Shown here: piece by piece, positions 53,793-64,000 of the stretch
Layout: each line of letters starts with the position of its first letter
Position numbering within the stretch: position 1 is the stretch's first letter
From: Stegostoma tigrinum
Taxonomy: Eukaryota
Direction: 5' to 3'
Assembly: GCF_030684315.1 (NCBI RefSeq)
Contig: NC_081397.1
Span: 15,090,421 to 15,154,420 of the forward strand
DNA: 64,000 nt
Notes under the pieces: model-generated
Database searches by the model: none
Seen by the model: the letters and a program-made list of their open reading frames with translations, nothing else
Told to the model about the DNA's origin: nothing
Translations under genes and position numbers: made by a program

Positions 53793-54929
53793 AGACCTTC
53801 AGTCAGTCAATGTGGAACAACTAAATTGTTTTGTGTTCACTGCAAATCATAGAAAATGATAGACTCAAAATGATCTCCACTAACACCCTCAAGTTACAGA
53901 ACTCTACAGCACAAGAGAAAGGCCCATCAGCCCGTTGCATCCGCACCATTTTTTTAAAATGGTGAACAACTTTTAAAATCCCAATCAGCCAGCATTCTAT
54001 TTCCATGAATGTATGGAGGCTGAAGAGGAACTGCTATCCTCACCCTTATCATTTCTTCACCTTACAGGAGTAAATATTTCTTTTTTAACATTGTGTATCT
54101 CTTTCAATTTTTTGTTTCAATTTTCAACAAAGGGCTTGATGTTCATCTCGACCTTCCCTACAGCACAATCATGTTAGTCCTCATGGTACGGACAAATGTC
54201 AGTGTAATATTAATCCCAGTGTAATATTAATATTAATCGTACAGAGTCAGTGAATATCTACTGTACCTGAGATGGTTGCAGACATCATGAAGCTAGCACT
54301 GCAGCTATTCAAATGCTGATAACTGGAGAACTAATGTCAAATTGGCACTAACAGACACTGGCAGTGAGTGGAAGAAGTTCACAATTCCAACAATTACTGG
54401 AAACTAGTATGCAGAATGTAATGTCCCAGTGCAAGCACAGTGGGCTGAATGGTCTGCTTCCACGCTGCACCTCATCTTGATTCTGATCCTGGTAATGACG
54501 TAAATGATATTCTGTTGTATAGAGTATTAGTTTAAAAATATAACATAGAAATAGACAGAGAGGTGCAGAACAAAATCTTTAAGAAAGAGCACGAACAATG
54601 CCCAATACAAAAAAAATGAATCTACGGAAACCTGAAAAAACAAATCCCGTACTGAGACAGAGAATCAGCATCTGATACGATCGGTATATAAAACCCATAC
54701 TCAGCACATAAACTGTAAATTGTGTTGTTGATTCAGAATGGTTCTCATAGGAAACCAGTCCCATTTATATGACCCCTCCTAGATCCTGCCAACTGATAAC
54801 GAACTCAGAAGTCTCAAATGCCGAAGAGATTAATACCCAGCCTCAATGTCCTATTAGCTATGTCAGAATATGTTGCATAGTCACAGAGAATATTACTGGC
54901 TGCAAGAGAATCAAGGCACATTGATACAC

Positions 54930-56570
54930 AACAGTAGAAACTGACAGATACAGATTGATACCTACACTGACTCATTCACATTCCAGAAACACACAAAAGA
55001 AAATTGATGATGAATCACATATTCACATTCAAATAACAGGAACGGACATGGACTGATAATTTGACTTGGCCATTCACACAGCAGAAACTGACTGGAGAGA
55101 TGGGGAAATGCAGCCTCACATTTATGTTGCAGATACTGACTGCAAGAATAATGTTGTTAGACACAAATTCACAGAATAAAAACTGACTGGTACACATTGA
55201 TAAATGCATTTGCCTATTCAAAGCCAGAAACTCATAGGTGGAAATTGATGGGTAAAATCACACATTCCCAAAGCAGAATGATTGTTTGTAATAGTCTTGG
55301 TTTCAAATAACTGACGGGGACAGATTGGTAACTTCACTCACCGATGCACAGAGCAGAAACTGACAGGCATAGACCAATAACTACACTCATCTGCTGCCGT
55401 AGGTACTGATTGACAATGACATGTACATATTCACACAGAAGAAACTGACAGGTATTCACTGATAACTGAACTCATATATTGACATAACAGAAACTGCAAG
55501 TGATAGACTGAGAATTACACAAACATATTCACAAAGCAGAGGCTGAAAGTGTACGGATTGATAACTACACAAACATATTCACACAGCAGTCTGAGAGGAA
55601 TAGACTGATTGTTAAACTCACATAGACAGAGCAGAAACTGACAGGCAGAAATCAGCAGTGAAACTCTCATTCTTTTAGCTGAAACTGACAGGTAGAGATT
55701 AATAACTAAATCCTCACATTCACAAACCAGAAACTGACAGGTGCAGAATAATAATGACATTGACATATGCACATAGCAGAAACTGACATGGACAGAATAA
55801 AAATATCATGCCCAGGCTCATTTGGCATCATCTGAACAGTACGTTTGAATAACTAAATTAATTTTCACAGAACAGAGTTTGCCAATTATGTATTGATATC
55901 TATATTCCAAGATTGACAGAGCAGAAACTGACAGGCATAAATTGATAACTGAAATCATATTCAAAGAGCAGAACCTGATTGGTACAGATCCAGAACTGCA
56001 CTCACATATTAACATATCACTTGCTATCAGTTAGTTCCAGCTAACATCATTCACATATTGACAAAGAATTAACTGACAGATAAAAATTGACAACTATATT
56101 TATATATTCCCAGACCTGAAACCGGCAGGTACAGAGTGGTAAATACACTCATGCATTCACATATCAGACTGACAGGGACAAATTTTAAAACTACATTTCA
56201 CAGAGTACAAGGACAAGAACAGATTGATCACAGCACTCATGCATTCACATGTCAGGACCTAACAGGTAAGGATTGATAATTATACTCATGTTTTGAAGTA
56301 GCAGATGCTTACAGCTAGAGATTAATTACTGCACTCTCATATGCACAGTGCACAAACTGACAGATAACTGATAACTGCACTCAAACATTCACATGGCAGA
56401 AACTAATATAAACAGATTGATAAATAAGCTCATACTTATATCGCAGAAATAGGCAGTGACTAACTACTTCTGTGTGAATATGTAAACATATTTATCAGTC
56501 AGTCTCTGTCAGTTTCTACAATGTGGATATATCAGTTTAGTTATCAGTCTATAGTTGTCAGTTTCTGTGA
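54930..56570 (+). repeat. Largest ~49-bp degenerate tandem array; the last ~110 bp switch strand
   Basis: GAAACTGACA at 55634, 55681, 55730, 55779 (period 47-49). Confidence 0.8.
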
Positions 56571-56574
56571 TGTG

Positions 56575-57700
56575 AATGTGTGAGGGAAGTGCATCGGATG
56601 CCATCTGTATGGATTTTAGTAAGGTATTTGACAAAGTGCCACATGGTAGACTGGTCCAAAAAGTAAGAGCCTCTGGGATACAGGGCAGTATGTTGAATTG
56701 TGTCCAAAGATGGCTCAGTAACAGGAAACAAAATGTAGTGGTTGATTGCTGCCTTTGTGAATAGAAAGCTGTTTCAAGTGGTGCTCAGCATGGCTCAGTG
56801 TTGGAACCCCTGCCGTTTGTTTTCTGCGTTGATGATTTGGACTTGAATGTGGTAGGCTTATTTGAGAAGTTTGCAGACAACACAAACTTGGCCATGTAGT
56901 GGGTAGTGTAGAGGATAATTGTAAGATGCAAAATGGTACAGATAGTTTAGTGGAGTTGGCAGGAAAGTGGCAGATGGAGTTCAGCTCTGATAAGTGCAAG
57001 ATAATGCACTTTGGAAGCTCAAACAGTAAATGGAATCGAAAATAATTGAGAGTATATTGAGAACGGTAGATGAAGTGAGAGATCTGGTGTGCAGGCGCAC
57101 AGGTCCCTAAAGGTAGCAGTACGGGCATTTAGAATTATAAACAAGGCATGTACAATGTTCCCCTTCATTGACAGTGGTATGGAATACAAACGTAGGGATA
57201 TAACTGTGAAACTGTGTATGGAAATGGTGAGGCTGCAACTGGAGTATTGTGTGCAGTTCTGGTCACCATATTACAGGAAGGATGTAATTGCTGTGGAGGG
57301 AATGCAGAGGAGATTTACCAGAATGTTGCCAGGGCTGGAGATTGTAGCTCCGAGGAGAGATTGCAGAGGGTGAAGTTATATTGCTTGGAATAGAGGAGGC
57401 TGAGGGGTGTCATGATTGAAGAAAACGAAACTGTGAAAAGAAGAGACAGAATAGACAGGAGGAACCTGTTTCCCTTGGAGAAACTGTTCAAAAATCAGAA
57501 GTCATTGATTGAAGTGAAGTGGCTGAAGGATCGGAGGATTCTTAAGGATTTTTTTTAACAGTATGAAACAGTCTGACCTCTTCCAGCCTTCCAATATTAG
57601 GAAGGAAGATGTGCCAAGAACTTTGAGGAAGGTGAAGATAGGTAATTCCCCTGGGCCTGATGGGATTTATCCAAGGATTCTGTGGGAAGCGAGGGTGGGG
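56575..57700 (+). mobile_element. CR1 LINE fragments
   Basis: MDFSKVFDKVPHGRL; LEYCVQFWSP; KIGNSPGPDGIYPRIL. Confidence 0.88.
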
Positions 57701-57784
57701 CAGGGGGTGGGGTGGGGGCGGGATGGGGGTGGGGGAGTGGGGCAGGGGGATGCGGGGCAGGGCGGCGGTGATGGTGGTTCTCCC

Positions 57785-58530
57785 CCATTCTTTCTGAAGC
57801 CAATGGTCAGTTCTTTAGTTTTTCCAACATTGAGAGAGAGGTCGCCTTCACTGCACCATGTCATCAAGCCCTCTATCTCCCTTCTGGGTTTTGACTCCTG
57901 GTTGTTCCATATGTGTCCCACTATGATGGTGTCATCAGCAAACTTGTAGATGGTGTTCATTTGGAAATTGGCCCCACAGTGTTGGGTGTACAGTAGGGGC
58001 CTGAGGTTGCATCCTTGGCGGGTGGCCTCCAGTGTTGTGTGTTATTGTAGAGGAGATGCAGTTGTCTGTCTTCACTGATTGCAGTCTATGGGTTAGAAAT
58101 TTGAGGATCCAGTTGCAGTGGGTGGAGCCGAGACCAAGGTCACAGAGTTTTGAGATCAGTCTGCACAGGATAACAGTGTTGACTACAGCTCCGCGTTCAA
58201 TGAGCAGGAGTCTGATGTAGGTGGTTTTGTTGTATAGATGTTCCAGGGATGAATAATCTCCTACAACCTCTTGAATCAGGCAGAAGATACAGAAGCCCGA
58301 ACAGGTTCAGGGGCAGCTTCTTCCTGTTCATTATTAAATTGATGAATGGACTCTTTAGCCTCAAATAATGATGATCTTGCCAATGTTGATCTCTCCGAGT
58401 GCGCACCCTGTGAAATGTAACCTGCATTCCTCTCTGAGTTGTTTTGTTCTGTCCATCCTTGCTGACTGTGATCGGCCTGTACTGCTCGTAAACAGAGCAT
58501 TTCACTGTCTCTCGCTACATTTGAATTTAT
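57785..58530. mobile_element. Rex1/Babar LINE fragment with internal inversion
   Basis: (-) YKFADDTIIVG..WCSEGDLSLNVGKTKEL; (+) 3' end from ~58250 resembling 8030-8260. Confidence 0.75.
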
Positions 58531-58914
58531 TAAAAAAAATTAACAGAGCATATACTGACAGGTACATATTTGTAACGACACTCACGCATTCAACAAGTGG
58601 GAGCTGACAGATATAGATGGATAACGAAACTCACATATCCATATACCCACTTGCAGTATGTAGCCCCACTCATGCAGCTGTATCAGTGTTGGTTAGCTTT
58701 TGGATCTCACTCAGCCGGGTATTCGAATTTTAAGAAAAAAAAATAGACAAGGAGCAGCACAGGCTAGGAGTAGAATCAGACCGTGGTTCTGTTCAAATAA
58801 GTAGCTCGAAACAAACAATCCTAATGAATAATTAACTGAATGTTACATTGGCAATATCAATGTGATCAATCTCAACTGATGTTAGTTTACAGGAGGTATT
58901 CCTTCTTCCTCCCG

Positions 58915-58996
58915 GCCAATACTTGAAGGACCAGGACAATTTAGTGTTTCCTCAGTACAAAGCCAATTGTGACCAGCATCTTACAACAACCACCAG
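58915..58996 (+). pseudogene. 82-nt exon-2 copy, open frame but acceptor AG>CG
   Basis: CTTCCTCCCG|GCCAATACTTGAAGGAC..CACCAG|GTATGTT. Confidence 0.5.
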
Positions 58997-59477
58997 GTAT
59001 GTTACACTGTCAGAGCATAGAATATCCTAGCCACAGTGATAGCAGATTCAATCTCACACATTGAATGCAATTTCCAGAGAGATGTGTTCTAACCAAGAGT
59101 CAAACACCATTGAGGAAATACCAGTGTATATCTTTTATCTGTACTGTCACTTCCAGCCACCCAGTTCTAAACAATTTCACTTTGGAGGAATGACAGACTG
59201 AATCCTCATCCAAAATACCTACACAGGAACAGCATGAAATCTGCATTTAGTAAGGGTACTTTCAGTGTTACAGGGAAGTGAACAAATAGATGATACTGTT
59301 AGTTTGACCAACCACATGGGAAGTAGATATGGAGTACAGATATTGAAGCAAACATTTCAGTTAGCAGTAACAGGCAGACAGAATTATTATTTTACTGAAT
59401 ATTTGTCACAATAGTCACAAAAAGACTGACAACGAGAGAATTGTTAATATACACTCTCACTCCCTCTCTTGCACCCT

Positions 59478-59509
<32 letters not shown>

Positions 59510-61459
59510 AAATATATATACCATTCCAACACACGTTCCAACATATAATAGCCATGCAATACCGTATACATTGCAAGCAACAGAAACTGTCACATCTGGA
59601 ATGATTTCTATTCACAGAGCCATTGTCAGAGAGGCCTGCAGTCCTTCACATTATTGAGTCTGCACCGAGAATTCTCATCCCATTCATTCAACATTTCATT
59701 CACATAAATGTATGATAGCAGCAGAGAAGCTGCCATCCCCACCTTTATCGCAACATCATTCTCCTTTTCTTCACCTTTCAGGATTAGAATTTGCTTTGTC
59801 TTTTTCAGTCCAGCAAGAAACCTCGAGTACCTCTTTCAAAATTAATCTCAATTTTCAATAAAGAGCCTGACATTCCTCCTGGCCCTCCCTAGAATGTATT
59901 GCAGAGAAATACCAAGATATCTGAATACAATTTTCACAATAAATCAGTTTAATCAAGTGGTTACCTTTCAAAGCAGTGCACAAAATAAAAATAGACAAAA
60001 TTGGTTTGCTTGGTAGGTTTGTGAAACACTCATTTTGTTTCAAAGCAGAGTTGAACAGTGTTGATTGTTCAATAAATTGAGTTTCACACTTTAAATCTGC
60101 TGCACTGCAAGACAGAAAATAAACTTCCTTTTCCTTTCCACTTCCCTCCCATAGAACAACACAAGAGTACCAGTAATTGCTTCCACCATCACAGCACAGA
60201 GCAGGGTCATGTCCTGTCTACATCAGGGAATAAGTTCCCCGTTTGTCTTTTCTGTCCAAGCGACACTGTGTGGTCAGGCAGCTGCAATGCAGTTGAATTG
60301 TTCACTGCCATTGGCTTTCACAGTTTACACTGATTGCTACTTTAGCATTACTCAGAAAAGCATATCACTACACACTGAAAAAGAAACGGATGTTATTCTG
60401 ACAGTCAATACTTTACATCATTAATCCCCGTTCAACTCTACACTATACAAGTTACAAAGGCCCATTGTGTTTCCAGTCTTGAATCTGAGGAACAGCACAG
60501 AGTCCCTTCTGTAGCAGTGTGTTGCCTTTCACTTGCACATGATTCCCACAGGCACCAACAATTGAAGATCTTCGGTGGTTTCCCATTCACGACAGGAGAC
60601 GGGAACTGAGATACAGACTGGCAGCACGAGGGAAAACTCACTCACACACAGCCAGTGGATGCTAAAAGGAAAAGAATGAAGTACGGCCTCTCAGTAATTT
60701 CCAGATATGAACTGACTCTCAAAATCTCTGATTACACCTGAGGATATTGGACTATTACAGTGCCCAGTAGTGACAGATAGATTCTACTGCACACTCAACC
60801 TCATGCACAATGTAAAAACAAACTGAGACTGAAATGCAATGCAGTTGAGTGCAATTGAAAAGAGTTTGACAGAGTTTACTACTCTGACACAAACCACAAC
60901 TGAACATACGAGAATGAGATCCATGTACTCTCCCTGAGACTGTGGGAAACACATCAAAACTGCCACGATCGTTATGAAAAGCCAGATACCCACAGAACTT
61001 ATGTCATATTGGCCTTTACAAATAGACACTGACAATGAGTAGATGAAGTTCACATTCCTAACAATTACTGCGGAACTGATGCATAAAAAATTCCCAGTAC
61101 AGAGACAGTGGGCTGAATGGTCTGCTCCTATGCTGTACCATATCTGTGATTCTGTTTTTGGTGAGAAACAAACAGTTTAATCAGTGGTACCACAGATCTC
61201 AGGCTGTCTGACCAAATAGGAAATATGTGACCATTTGTCAGAATGGTTCTCAGAATAAAGCAGTTCCCCTCCTGTTATCACCCCATGTCCTGAACTTCCT
61301 CACCCCCCCTCACCTACCACACGGATTGACACTCAACTCATAAATCACACACTGCAGAAGAGATTAAGAGCCAGCCTCAACACCCTAACAATAACTATCA
61401 CAGAGTGATTTGTACAGTCACAGAGAATAATACTGGCCTTCAGAGACTTAGCCATTTTG

Positions 61460-62030
61460 ATACATGAGGAGAAACTGACACGTACAGTTTGATAACTACA
61501 CCCACTTGTTCGTATTGCAGAAACACACAAATGATGACAAAACATTGACTACAATGTTAAGGTGTGACTGTAGTTATCAGTCTCTCTTGGTTTCTGCTAA
61601 TGTCAGTCATGCATTCGCATTGCAGGAACTGTCAGGGAGAGATGAATAACTTCACCCTCATTCTCAAAGCTAAAACAGACATACACAATGATAACTACAC
61701 TCCCAGTTTCACAGAGCAGAAACTGACAAGTATAGTCTGTTAACTAGACTCTCCTATTTACAGAGCAGAATCTCACAGGTACATGTTGGGAACAGCACCC
61801 ACACATTCACCAAGCAGGAACTGACAGGTGTACTTCGATATGTGCATTTACACACTGACAAGGCAGAAACGGAGAGGCATAGACTGGGAACTCATATTCA
61901 CACAACAGAAACTGACAGATACAGATTAATGTTGTCACTCTCAATTCTCAGAGCAAAAACTAACAGATACAGGCTGGTAAATATAGTCATACATTTACAT
62001 ATGAGAAACTGACAAGTATATGTAGATAAA
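61460..62030 (+). repeat. Degenerate ~49-bp tandem array
   Basis: Recurring GCAGAAACTGACA..GATAACTACAC. Confidence 0.75.
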
Positions 62031-62044
62031 TATATTGATTATAG

Positions 62045-62900
62045 AAATGATTTGGAGTTGGGTATTGAGGATAAAATCTCTGAATGCGCAGGTGATACTA
62101 AGCCAGGGAGAAGAGTGAATTGTGCGGATGATACTGAGTGACTTCACAGGGACATTGACAAGTTGGCCAAATGGGCAGAGACCTGGCAGATAAATTTCAA
62201 TGCAGAAAAATATGAGCTCGTGCATTTTGCGAATAAAGACACATAGAAACAAAACAAGCTTAAGGGTACAGCTTTGAGGGGAGTATTGGAGCAGAGAGAT
62301 CTTGGGGTTCATGTGCATTATTCTCTAAAGGTGGCCAGGCAAGTTGAAACAGTTGTGAAGCAGGTTCAAAGGATCTTTGAGTTTAAAAATAGAGGCATTG
62401 AGTCTCAAAGGAAGGATGTAATGCTACGCCTCTACAAATCATTGCTAAGACCACATTGCTCAGACTAGATTTGTGTTCAGTTCTGGACACCTTATTGAAG
62501 GAAGAAGCCTCTGGGGAGGGTTCAAAGAAGATTACTAGAATGATAGCAGGATTTTACTGACAAGGAAAGATTAATGAAATCAGGCTTATTCCCCTTGGAG
62601 CAGAGAAGATTAAAAGGAAACCTTATGGAGGTGTTCACAATTGTGAAGAATTTTGACAGAGTGAAGTTCAATACTCTATTTACACTATGTCAGTAACCAG
62701 GGGTCACAGTTTCAAGATTGTCACCAAGTCAGCTAGGAGTGAGATGAGTAGAAACATCTTTACTCGGAGCATTGTTAGGATTTAGAATGCGCTGCCTGGG
62801 AGAGTGGTGAAGGTGGATTCCATGTGAGGTATGAAAAGAGAGCTGGATATATATTTGAAAATGATGAAGTTTAGAGGGTAATGTAGATGGGGCTGGAGAA
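62045..62900 (+). mobile_element. Degenerate CR1 LINE
   Basis: EQRDLGVHVH..LYKSLLRPH; further CR1 pieces at 63490-63870(+) and 63890-64000(-). Confidence 0.82.
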
Positions 62901-64000
62901 CAATCCTGCCTAGAATTATTTCCAGCTCACCACAATTATAAAATAAATGCAGAGTAGATTCAGTTCTTTATGTCATCTGTCCTGACCCACTAACCAGGAG
63001 ATTAAATCGATATTCAAGTTAGGAATGGACAGCACAAAATGTCAAACCCCTGCGATCATGGATCAGATCATGTTACAGCAGAAGAAATTGGCCCACTCAG
63101 AGTTATGTGAGAGACAGTTATTCCGATGGCTTCTCAAGGCAAATTCATGTTTGGAGTTGATGTCTGGCTGAGTGAATGGGAACAAAGCTTAGCCATTTCT
63201 CAGCTGCAGAAACTTGACGCTCCTCTGTCCTCTCTTCCTTCTCCCCCTTATTTTCTGGAAGGAACAATTACTATCCATCAATTTGTGAGGCATTGAAGGG
63301 ATTCTTCTGTGCTGTCTCACAATGTCCGCGGAAGATTGACAGAAACATTTCCCTCTTCACCTTGACCTGGTTCCTCATCCCCTCGCATATCTGTGTGCCT
63401 CAGGGTGGTGTATGTGATGCAGGATGGTTGCTGGTCTGCTTGCTCAGCCTGAAAATAGGACAATACAGAAACATAGTAAATGAGGAGCAGGAGCAAAATC
63501 GGTGGCCTCATGGACAGTGAAGGTGGTTATCTCAGAGTACAACGGGAACTTGATCAACTGGGCCAATGGGCCGAGGACTGGCAGGTAGAGTTTAATTTAG
63601 ACAAATATAGAGATGTTGCATCTTTGCTGAGGCAAACCAGGGCAGGTTAATGGTAGGGCCCTGCGGAGTGTTGTCAAACAGAGGTATTGAGGGGTGCAGG
63701 CACATAGTTCCATAAAGTGGAGTCCCAGGCGGACGGCAAGTTTGGAACAGTTGCCTTCATCAGTTCCAACACTGAATGTAGGAGTTGGGATGTTATGATG
63801 TGGCTGTACAAGACATTTTGCCCCTAAGAACTCCATGCAACTAATTGAACAACATTCACTGCTCTGGTCCCGACTACATTCTGTGACAGAGAATCCCATT
63901 GGCTCCCCACCCTCTAGGTGAAGACATTTCTCCCCACCCTCAGCCCTTCCCCATCTCCTTTAGACTGTGACCCCCTGAGTGTGGACTCACGTGCCCTCAG

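Noticed and set aside
54930-56570. CRISPR-like appearance (conserved core with variable spacers)
   Set aside because: Eukaryotic locus with no cas genes; the 'spacers' are homologous to each other, so this is a degenerate tandem repeat.

Overview
Eukaryotic, not prokaryotic: part of a replication-dependent histone gene cluster of a cartilaginous fish. The shark assignment is inferred from HE1-like SINEs, CR1/HER1-like LINEs and histone sequence style. There are 8 intronless histone loci with 3' stem-loops: H1 x2, H3 x2 (one frameshifted), H2A x2, H2B and H4. They sit in a matrix of Penelope-like elements carrying minimal hammerhead ribozymes, CR1 and Rex1/Babar LINE fragments, and SINEs. The most unexplained structure is a multi-kb unit repeated about 7 times in both orientations between the histone genes. 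It consists of an NRF1-type promoter with a 64-nt coding first exon (3 near-identical copies), an 82-nt AG/GT-bounded second exon (7 diverged copies) and degenerate 49-bp tandem arrays. I do not recognise this gene family. Other highlights: a short insertion starting exactly at a hammerhead cleavage site, an H3 whose frameshift reads through its own stem-loop, and H1 TG-box/AC-box spacing of 354/353 bp. TE boundaries are approximate. All identities were judged by eye.
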